A DNA stretch of 32,000 bases from assembly GCA_963718915.1 (NCBI GenBank), contig CAVRAI010000015.1, positions 240,001-272,000 of the forward strand. Reading direction: 5' to 3'. Both the position numbers and the translations under genes were made by a program. This document shows, piece by piece, positions 25,204-32,000 of the stretch (position 1 is its first letter; every line of letters begins with the position of its first letter). Source of the DNA: an uncultured Chloroflexia bacterium (GTDB lineage Bacteria; Chloroflexota; Ktedonobacteria; Ktedonobacterales; JADMIN01). The notes under the pieces were generated by a model that worked only from the letters and a program-made list of their open reading frames with translations, searched no databases and had not been told where the DNA came from.

Positions 25204-27159
25204 ATGTGGCGTGTTGGGGGCGTTATCATGATTATTTTCTGGTTGGCCGTGCTGGGCGCGACTATCGTAGCCGCTATCATGGTGGGGCTGGCGCTGCTGT
25301 TTGGCCGCCGGGCGAAGGCGTCGCCGCGCGCGCTGGCGTTCTGGGCGCTGCGGCTGTGGATCTTCGCCTTCATCCTCAATCTGGCGATTCTCTACCTGGC
25401 CGAGCCTGCCATCACCGGGCCGTACTGGGGCGGTCAGTGGCTGATCTGGCCGCTGCTGCTCACAGGCGTCTTCGCGCTCTTCGGGGGCGGCGTGGACCGG
25501 GCGCGCGCGGCCATCAATGATTTCACCCATCGTATCAATACCGGGACATTCTCCAGTACATTCACGCCTCGCGGCTCGCAACAGGGACGGCGGTCGTCCT
25601 TCCGCGTGGTGGACGAGAATCCCCCTGTCGCCACAACCAGCGTTCCGGCGAGTCCGCTGGCTGGGTCCGCGGCGATTGCTATTGCGCTGATCGTCGTCAT
25701 CGTGGTGAATAGCCTGATTACCATCGGTACCACCTGGTTCGATGGCAACGCCAAAGCGCTCGCCGCGATTCCCCATGTCGTGAAGGAGCCATCTTCCACG
25801 CCGCTGCCGCCGACCGACGTGAACCATATCGTGCTGGTGACGCAGGGTGTCGCCTCGTATCTTGGGCAGCAAGTGCTGGCGGGCAACGGCCAGAACCTTG
25901 GCTCGGTCTATCACACCAACCAGGAGGAGTACACTCTCCAGTCGGTGAAGGGCCATCTCTACTGGATCGCGCCGCTGGTCTACAACAACGTCTGGGCGAA
26001 CATCGGACGCTGGGAAACGCCCGGCTATGTGCAGGTGGACGCCGAGGATCCCAATACGCCGCCGCAGCTCAAAACCGGCTATCATCTGCGCTACCTGCCC
26101 GATGCCATCCTCAATCAGGATCTGATTCGCCATGTCTATCTCAGCGGCTATACCAACGGCGACCTGGCCGACCCCACGCTGGAGGTGAACGACGACGGCA
26201 CGCCCTACTTCACGATCTCGCTGATGCAGCCGACGCGCGGCTTCTCCGGTGAGATGGTGAAGCAGGTGCTACTGGTGGACCCTCAGAGCGGCGCCATCAC
26301 ACCCTATGCGCCGGATAAGGCGCCCTCGTGGATCGATCGCATCATCCCGGCAACGGCCGTGGACGACTATCTGACGTGGTGGGGCAAGTACGAGAGCGCG
26401 CCGTGGTTCAATCCGTCGGGCGCGGGCCAGCAGGTTCCCGCCACCGATACGCCGGAGCTGGTCTACAACCAGGTGGATCAGCCAGTCTGGCTGGAGCCGA
26501 TGACCTCGAACAACGGCAGCGACAACTCCAGCACAGGCGTCATGCTCTTCGACACCAAAGACATGACGGGCCGCTTCTATCCGCTCAGCGGGCTTGGCGC
26601 GACCAACAACGTCGAGTCCACCTTCCAGTCGAATCCGAACAATATCCGCAACTACGACGTCGGCGCGGTCCAGCTCTACCAGATTTACAATGAGCCGACG
26701 TGGGTGGCGACCTTCGTGCAAAAGAACGACTACGGTGGCAGCTTCCAGGCGGTCGGCATCGTCGATGCGCGGCACCTCAACGGCGCGAACGTCATCATGG
26801 CGTCCACCAAGTCGGAGGCGCTGGCGCAGTATGCGCAGTGGCTGGCCGACAACAACGTGCAGGGGAGCGCGCCGACGCCAACCGGCAAGCCGGTGACGAT
26901 CACCGGGCGCGTCACGCGCATCAACGCGGCGACCGAGCGCGGCACGACGGTCTACTCGATGCTGCTGGATGGCCAGACGCGCATCTTCAAGGCGGGCCTC
27001 GCGCTCAGCCCGGAGCTACCGCTGGTACAGCCCGGCGACACGGTGACGGTGACCTATCTCGACACGCAGGAGACGGTGGTGACATTGACCGCCTTCAACG
27101 ACACGAGCATTCACGTTGGTGGGACGCAGGCGACGCCTGGGGCAACTGCCACGCCATAG
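25204..27159 (+). CDS. Hypothetical polytopic membrane protein with a large extracytoplasmic domain
   Basis: ~650 aa. Four N-terminal TM helices, a linker, a fifth TM, then ~440 aa of soluble sequence with no motif I can assign. Start at 25204 (alternative 25228). The ORF from 25036 translates the MITE. Confidence 0.6.
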   Translation: MWRVGGVIMIIFWLAVLGATIVAAIMVGLALLFGRRAKASPRALAFWALRLWIFAFILNLAILYLAEPAITGPYWGGQWLIWPLLLTGVFALFGGGVDRARAAINDFTHRINTGTFSSTFTPRGSQQGRRSSFRVVDENPPVATTSVPASPLAGSAAIAIALIVVIVVNSLITIGTTWFDGNAKALAAIPHVVKEPSSTPLPPTDVNHIVLVTQGVASYLGQQVLAGNGQNLGSVYHTNQEEYTLQSVKGHLYWIAPLVYNNVWANIGRWETPGYVQVDAEDPNTPPQLKTGYHLRYLPDAILNQDLIRHVYLSGYTNGDLADPTLEVNDDGTPYFTISLMQPTRGFSGEMVKQVLLVDPQSGAITPYAPDKAPSWIDRIIPATAVDDYLTWWGKYESAPWFNPSGAGQQVPATDTPELVYNQVDQPVWLEPMTSNNGSDNSSTGVMLFDTKDMTGRFYPLSGLGATNNVESTFQSNPNNIRNYDVGAVQLYQIYNEPTWVATFVQKNDYGGSFQAVGIVDARHLNGANVIMASTKSEALAQYAQWLADNNVQGSAPTPTGKPVTITGRVTRINAATERGTTVYSMLLDGQTRIFKAGLALSPELPLVQPGDTVTVTYLDTQETVVTLTAFNDTSIHVGGTQATPGATATP

Positions 27160-27163
27160 CTCA

Positions 27164-27209
27164 GGCGCGGGCATGAGTGAGGCCGTTGGTATTCGCTCAC
27201 ACCCGCGCC
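27164..27209 (+). terminator. Long GC-rich hairpin terminator
   Basis: GGCGCGGG ... GTGAG ... CTCAC ... CCCGCGCC, 5 nt after the stop codon, followed by gctgtttggg. Confidence 0.55.
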
Positions 27210-27364
27210 GCTGTTTGGGCTACCCTTTCTTGACCGTCGTTCGTTTACACTGGTAGGCTTAGGAATCTGAGCAGTGAGCAGGCGGTTGCCGCATGGTCAG
27301 GATGGTTGAGCGGGTGGTGAGCATGCACGGATGGCGGGTGAAGGATAGAGCGTCGGGTGGATGG

Positions 27365-28345
27365 ATGTCGCGACTCAGCGCGCCAGTGCTGTTGGCGCTT
27401 ATGCTGGCGCTTGTGCTGGCCAGTTGCGCCCCCTCGTCGAGCGCCAGCAATAAGCCGACGGGGAACGCTGCGTCCCTTGCCATCGCCACCTGGCAATCGA
27501 GCAAGCCATTCGATCCCGCCGATGGCGCGCCACTACCAACCAACAGGATCGTCGCGGTGTATGGCATCGTCGGCGGCGTCACCTTCAACGGGCCAGCCTC
27601 CAATCTTGACCTGCTCAATAGCTACCTGCCGCAATTGCAGGCCCTCGGCCAGCAGTATGCCAAGCTCGATCCCACCCATCCCGTCAAACTGGGGCTCGAT
27701 CTGGTGGTCAATGTCATCCAGCCGTGCTATTCATTCCCCAAGTTCTGCGCGTCGTGGGCCGATGATGCCACGCTCCAGGCGTATGTCGACTATTGCCAGA
27801 AGCACAATCTGCTACTCTTCTTCGATCTTCAGCTTGGCGTCCAGCCGGTGGCCGACGCGGTGAATAGCAATCTGATGAAGTATCTGTCCAAGTATCCCTT
27901 CGTCGAACTGGCGCTGGATACCGAGTTCCACTTCCCGAACACGCCCCAGGGCTACGCGATGGCGCAGGGCTATCCCTGCTGCCTGGGCTGGATGGACGCG
28001 ACGGAGATCAACTGGACGATTGATACGCTGGCCAATATCTCGCTGCAAAATCACCTGCCCCGCAAGGTGCTGGTGATTCACCAGTGGAACTATGCGGTGC
28101 TTACCAACAAGAACAAGATCAAGCTCAATCCCGATGTTTCCATCGTCTTGCAGTCGGATGGCTTCGGAGCAACGTCGGATAAACTGTTTGACTATCAGGT
28201 GTTTGTGCAGAAAGCCATGATTCAGTATGGCGGCTACAAGCTCTTCTTCCAGTACCCCGGCGCGGGCGCGGGTGATAATCCATTGCAGACACCCGCGCAG
28301 GTGATGCAGGTCTACCCGCAGCCGCTCTTCATTTCATATGAGTAG
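27365..28345 (+). CDS. Hypothetical lipoprotein
   Basis: Signal peptide with lipobox (LVLASC). 326 aa with alternating beta/alpha character, possibly a TIM-barrel/glycosidase-like fold, but no diagnostic motif. Start uncertain (27293/27323/27365). Confidence 0.55.
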   Translation: MSRLSAPVLLALMLALVLASCAPSSSASNKPTGNAASLAIATWQSSKPFDPADGAPLPTNRIVAVYGIVGGVTFNGPASNLDLLNSYLPQLQALGQQYAKLDPTHPVKLGLDLVVNVIQPCYSFPKFCASWADDATLQAYVDYCQKHNLLLFFDLQLGVQPVADAVNSNLMKYLSKYPFVELALDTEFHFPNTPQGYAMAQGYPCCLGWMDATEINWTIDTLANISLQNHLPRKVLVIHQWNYAVLTNKNKIKLNPDVSIVLQSDGFGATSDKLFDYQVFVQKAMIQYGGYKLFFQYPGAGAGDNPLQTPAQVMQVYPQPLFISYE

Positions 28346-28445
28346 CCTGTGAGAAACCGCTTAACTTGTTCCGTAGTAGCTGACGTAGCCCATGATGAGC
28401 TTGCCCGCGGAGAGGGCGGCGCGGACGACCGAGATATCGGACACG

Positions 28446-28472
28446 ACCGACATAACTGACATAACCGACATA
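28446..28472. repeat. 9-bp tandem repeat (ACYGACATA x3) immediately upstream of the RBS of the SBP gene
   Basis: accgacata actgacata accgacata followed by aaggag. Confidence 0.9.
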
Positions 28473-28488
28473 AAGGAGCGTATCCCCG

Positions 28489-29736
28489 GTGACTGTTGCG
28501 CCTCGCCGCCTGCGGCATCTCGCCCCACAGCTGCTTTTGCTGCTCTGTCTCAGCCTTTGCCTCCCCGCGTGCAGTCTCGGCAGCAGTGAAGATAAAACCC
28601 TTGCGCTGGTGACGATCTTCCCCACCAGCGGGCCAGACGCCGCCGTTGGGCAGGCGTTGCAGCAGGCGGTAGACCTGGCGGTTAAGCAGAATGGCTCCCT
28701 CAGCAATGGCTATTCGCTGATCGTCCAGCATATCGACGAGGCCAGTGCGCTCCGCGAAAGCCAGCTTGCGACGGCGCTCGCCAACCCCGAGGTGGTCGGC
28801 ATCGTCGGCCCGTATAGCAGCGAGACGGCGGTGGCCTATCTGCCGGAAATCGCGGCGGCGGGCGTCGCGACCGTCAGTCCGACCACCACCCTGCCGGGTC
28901 TCACGCAGTCCGCCGCTGCCACTGCCGAGGGCGTGCCGTTTGCCACGATTCATCCTTCGGGCAAGCCGCTCAGCTTCTTCCGGCTGGCGCCCACTGATGA
29001 TGTGTTGGGCAAATCGGCGGCTGATCTGGCGGTTGCGCCGACCGCGTCACATGGGCTGGCGGCCCATTCCATCTTCCTCGTCGATGACGCGACGGCCTCT
29101 GGCAAGGCGGCGACGGCAGCCTTCGCCAAAGAGCTGAAGGCGAAGGGCGGAACGGTCGCGGGCCAGCAATCACTGACGACGGGTGTGAATGATAACGGGC
29201 AACTGGTGGTCAATGCTATCGTCGAGGCGTTTCCCGATCTGGTCTTCTATGCGGGCGGGCTGGCGGCTGGCGCCGAATTGCGCGGCACGCTCTCACTCTC
29301 TGGCGCGCCGCAGACGCCGGTACTGGCCGCTGGCCCGGTGGCCGATAACCCTGGGTGGAGCGCGGCGGTAGGGCAGGCGTTGATCTCAACCCATACGACG
29401 GGCGTGCTCCCCGCGAGTGACCTCGATCATCTCGACTCAGCCAAAACGTTCGTCGCGGCATGGCAGGCGGCATACTCTGACAAGGCGGCGCTTCCGCAGA
29501 CCGCGCTGGCCTACGACGCGGCGCTGGCTGAAATCGCGGCGATCAAGACGGCCACTGGCAAAACGGTGACGCGCGCCGCGGTTGCCACCGCGCTGGCCGC
29601 GACAAAAGTCGATGGCGCGACAGGCGCGATTGCCTTTGATCAGAACGGCGACAGCACAGCGTCCCCTTCTTTCTCCGTCTATGTATGTGACACCAAAGGC
29701 GCGTGGAGCTATAAGGCGACTCTGCCGAATAGCTAG
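28489..29736 (+). CDS. Type I periplasmic solute-binding lipoprotein (branched-chain amino acid LivJ/Peripla_BP_6-like), orphan
   Basis: Lipobox LPAC. LALVTIFPTSGPDAAVGQALQQAVDLAV and VVGIVGPYSSETAVAYLP are typical of the family. GTG start with AAGGAG 10 nt upstream. No permease or ATPase genes adjacent. Confidence 0.8.
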   Translation: MTVAPRRLRHLAPQLLLLLCLSLCLPACSLGSSEDKTLALVTIFPTSGPDAAVGQALQQAVDLAVKQNGSLSNGYSLIVQHIDEASALRESQLATALANPEVVGIVGPYSSETAVAYLPEIAAAGVATVSPTTTLPGLTQSAAATAEGVPFATIHPSGKPLSFFRLAPTDDVLGKSAADLAVAPTASHGLAAHSIFLVDDATASGKAATAAFAKELKAKGGTVAGQQSLTTGVNDNGQLVVNAIVEAFPDLVFYAGGLAAGAELRGTLSLSGAPQTPVLAAGPVADNPGWSAAVGQALISTHTTGVLPASDLDHLDSAKTFVAAWQAAYSDKAALPQTALAYDAALAEIAAIKTATGKTVTRAAVATALAATKVDGATGAIAFDQNGDSTASPSFSVYVCDTKGAWSYKATLPNS

Positions 29737-29790
29737 CGCGCGTATAGGGGCCACTGACAGGCGTCCGCGAATGAAGGGAATTCCCCAACC

Positions 29791-31008
29791 GTGCATGATG
29801 AGCCGCGCCACGCGATGGCGATGGACGAGAGCGATCCGTATCAGCCATATCAGCCATATCAGCCATATCAACCGTACCCGTCAGGCCAATCCGCCAGAGT
29901 GGCAGCGGCGCCATCGCGATCAATGCGAGGCAAGGCGCTGCTCAACTCACCGATAGCGCTGGGGTTGGCGCGCGTATTGTCGCTCATAGGCGCGCTGATG
30001 CTGGTTGTCGCGACATGGCTTCCCTGGGAGACGCTTCGTATCGTGTTTGGGCCGGAGGCGCAAATCACCGCCGACTCCTCGATCAGCGGCTTGGCCGGTT
30101 TCCAAATGCTGCTCGGCCAATCCGGCCTTTCTTCGGCTCATCCTTCCGTGAGGTGGCTGGGGTTGCTCTGGATTTTCCTGCCACTTTTCGGTCTGCTCAT
30201 CAGCCTGTTTCACCTGCGCATGCGACGAGGATCGCGAGCGCTGACCGCCCTCTACGGCGTCTGGCTCGTGCTCGCGACAGCAAGCGTGGCGCCCGTGGTG
30301 TATGGGCTGCTGACCACCCTTGCGCCGCTCACATGTGTGCAGACATGTGGCCCCGTGCCGGTCACAAGCCGCCATCCAGAGCTGGGCATCTGGCTGGCAA
30401 TTGGGGGACTTGCGCTCGGCTGGATTGCCCTTGCTGGGTTGCTGCTGGCGCGCCGTTCGCCTCTGGCGACTGTCCGCTCTGAGACGCCCGCGCGCTTCTC
30501 ACGGCTTCACCTGCTGGGGGCGGGAGTCCTGATCGTTGGCGTGGCTATCTGGGCGCTGGGGTTATTTGCGATACCCTGGGCAACCTCCGGCTGCACCGGG
30601 CTGCACCTTTCGTTGAATCACTTTGTGCGTGGCGCATGCAGCGGAGTCGATGGTTGGGATGCGTTTACCGCTGGAATCGGATCGAACACCTGGCTGGCCC
30701 TGCTCTTCCTGGAGGTCGTGCCGGTTATGGGCCTGTATGTCGCCATTGATATCTGGCTGCCACGCCTGGCGCGCTCGACATGGGTGCTGGCGGCTAGCTG
30801 GAGCCTGTTGCTTACCGTGCTCTTTATGTGCGGCGTGAATGGTGTCCAGTTTACCATCGCGCATCCACCGCGCTTCACCTATGAGATGCAGGGCGCATGG
30901 GATCCCAGCTTCGGCGTCGCGGTCTGCGCGCTCGGCATCGTGATCTGCCTGGCCGGTGTTGCGCTGCTTGCCCGCGAAGAGATAGGTCGCGCCAGACAGG
31001 TCAGATGA
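29791..31008 (+). CDS. Hypothetical multi-pass membrane protein with N-terminal (PYQ)4 repeat
   Basis: About 9-10 hydrophobic helices. GTG start with GAAGGGA upstream (start uncertain). No recognised family. Confidence 0.55.
   Translation: MHDEPRHAMAMDESDPYQPYQPYQPYQPYPSGQSARVAAAPSRSMRGKALLNSPIALGLARVLSLIGALMLVVATWLPWETLRIVFGPEAQITADSSISGLAGFQMLLGQSGLSSAHPSVRWLGLLWIFLPLFGLLISLFHLRMRRGSRALTALYGVWLVLATASVAPVVYGLLTTLAPLTCVQTCGPVPVTSRHPELGIWLAIGGLALGWIALAGLLLARRSPLATVRSETPARFSRLHLLGAGVLIVGVAIWALGLFAIPWATSGCTGLHLSLNHFVRGACSGVDGWDAFTAGIGSNTWLALLFLEVVPVMGLYVAIDIWLPRLARSTWVLAASWSLLLTVLFMCGVNGVQFTIAHPPRFTYEMQGAWDPSFGVAVCALGIVICLAGVALLAREEIGRARQVR
29836..29880 (+). repeat. 9-bp tandem repeat (CCATATCAG x4-5) encoding PYQPYQPYQPYQPYP
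   Basis: ccgtatcag ccatatcag ccatatcag ccatatcaa ccgtacccg, within the CDS. Confidence 0.9.
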
Positions 31009-31061
31009 TCCTGGCCATAGGCCGTTCAGCGCCCCTGAGACGCTGTGGTGAAAGCCAAAAG

Positions 31062-31091
31062 TTGCCAACATGCCCCTCGCCGCGATACACT
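31062..31091 (+). promoter_or_regulatory. Sigma-70-type promoter TTGCCA-N18-TACACT
   Basis: ttgcca acatgcccctcgccgcga tacact, ~54 nt upstream of the ATG at 31145. Confidence 0.5.
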
Positions 31092-31144
31092 GGCCGCACG
31101 CATCAGGTGATGCGCTTCACGGTGAGCGAGCGGGGAGTGATGCC

Positions 31145-31783
31145 ATGAGCAAACGCGACATTCTCATCGTTGGGCGGCTGTTCTTTGGCCTGCTGACGCT
31201 GGTGGCGATCATCGCCCAGTTTGCCATCCACCTTCAGCACGGCTTCGATGTAGGCAACTTTTTCGGCTACTTCACCAATCTCTCCAACATCTTCGCGTCG
31301 GTCGTCTTCATCATCGGCGCCGTCTACCTGATGCAAAATCGCGAGCCAACCGTGACCGAGGACCTTGTTCGCGGCGCCTCAGTCGTCGCGATGGCAATCG
31401 TCGGCATCGTCTTCAGCGTCTTGCTCAGGGACACCGATCTGGGCACGCTGGCGCCGTGGGTCAATACCGTCGTCCATTACATTATGCCCATCGTAGTCGT
31501 AGCCGACTGGCTCTATCAGCCACCGAAGACGAGACTGACCATGCGCCAGGCGCTCTACTGGCTCATCTATCCGCTGCTCTATCTGGTCTATACGCTCATT
31601 CGCGGCGCGATCACCGGCTTCTATCCTTACCCGTTCCTGAACCCTAACACAATCCCTGGCCATGCCACCGCGGGCAGCTACGGCGCTGTGGTGTTGTACT
31701 GCATTGCCATCTTCGTCGCGTTTCTGGTCGTCGGGGCGATTCTCGTCTGGTTGGGCAACAGGCTGAAGCGCAACGTCGCGTAG
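31145..31783 (+). CDS. Pr6Pr family (FAR-17a/AIG1-like) membrane protein
   Basis: 212 aa, six TM helices, YFTNLSNI motif after TM2. Start at MSKRDIL with GGGGAG RBS, downstream of the predicted promoter. Confidence 0.65.
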   Translation: MSKRDILIVGRLFFGLLTLVAIIAQFAIHLQHGFDVGNFFGYFTNLSNIFASVVFIIGAVYLMQNREPTVTEDLVRGASVVAMAIVGIVFSVLLRDTDLGTLAPWVNTVVHYIMPIVVVADWLYQPPKTRLTMRQALYWLIYPLLYLVYTLIRGAITGFYPYPFLNPNTIPGHATAGSYGAVVLYCIAIFVAFLVVGAILVWLGNRLKRNVA

Positions 31784-31786
31784 GGT

Positions 31787-32000
31787 TCAATTCTTCTTCG
31801 CCTTCGTAGAGTTGTTGTCGTTGCGTTCGGGGATGTGCGCCTCCTGCAACTCACGCAGCCGCTGCTTGCCCAGGTCGGCCAGCGTGCGTTCCCAGGCGCG
31901 TTCATATGGCTCCATCTGCTCGACGATGGTGCGCGCGACCACATAATCGCGATACCATTTCGTATCGGCTGGCACGATATACCACGGCGCCCAGGATGCG
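31787..32000 (-). CDS. ppk2: Polyphosphate kinase 2 family protein (C-terminal part; 5' end beyond the window)
   Basis: The frame is open to the window edge. ASWAPWYIVPADTKWYRDYVVARTIV matches the PPK2 C-terminal motif (PW..IPADDKW.R). Confidence 0.7.
   Translation of the reverse strand, partial: ASWAPWYIVPADTKWYRDYVVARTIVEQMEPYERAWERTLADLGKQRLRELQEAHIPERNDNNSTKAKKN

Noticed and set aside
27365-31008. Possible transport or polysaccharide-utilisation operon (lipoprotein, solute-binding protein, multi-pass membrane protein on the same strand).
   Set aside because: There is no ABC permease or ATPase. Each gene has its own upstream gap with repeats or promoter-like sequence. The membrane protein has no transporter motifs I can identify. 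Evidence is insufficient to call a system.

Overview
High-GC bacterial chromosomal window. The gene content and the GC-rich hairpin repeat families suggest a Chloroflexota/Ktedonobacteria-like genome, but that is inference only. I call about 25 protein genes, mostly metabolic and envelope functions: Leu/Phe-type dehydrogenase, GPAT-like acyltransferase, two GNATs, alpha/beta hydrolase, ECF41/SigJ-type sigma factor with its NAD(P)-binding partner, DUF2085, PD40 beta-propeller, CpXC protein, FGGY kinase, purD, PIG-L deacetylase, kumamolisin-like S53 peptidase, Ig-like surface protein, lipoproteins, CocE/NonD hydrolase, a divergent FtsH-like AAA metalloprotease, an orphan type-I solute-binding protein, Pr6Pr membrane protein and a partial PPK2. 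The ORF track misses a two-gene tRNA operon on the minus strand (4117-4653). Its first gene is an initiator tRNA-fMet(CAU) split in the anticodon loop by a ~306-nt group I intron with no ORF; it is followed by a second CAU tRNA and an intrinsic terminator. This is the most interesting feature I can support. Other points: an exact ECF41-type target promoter (TGTCACA-N16-CGTC) upstream of the partner gene divergent from the sigma factor gene; purD broken by a 1-nt frameshift; a ~175-bp MITE-like element with ~31-bp terminal inverted repeats, present twice in opposite orientation; several families of modular GC-rich hairpin repeats that inflate neighbouring ORFs; a ~90-codon relic of a Type ISP/IIG restriction-modification enzyme embedded in those repeats; and many 6-11 bp tandem repeats close to gene starts. 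I see no CRISPR array, no intact transposon or prophage, no recognisable defence system and no biosynthetic cluster. I could not convincingly identify a novel multi-gene system. The weaker candidates are listed with modest scores: the FtsH-like operon with its neighbouring large membrane protein, and the PIG-L plus tandem-GNAT pair. All family assignments rest on motifs read by eye and remembered family knowledge; no searches were run.
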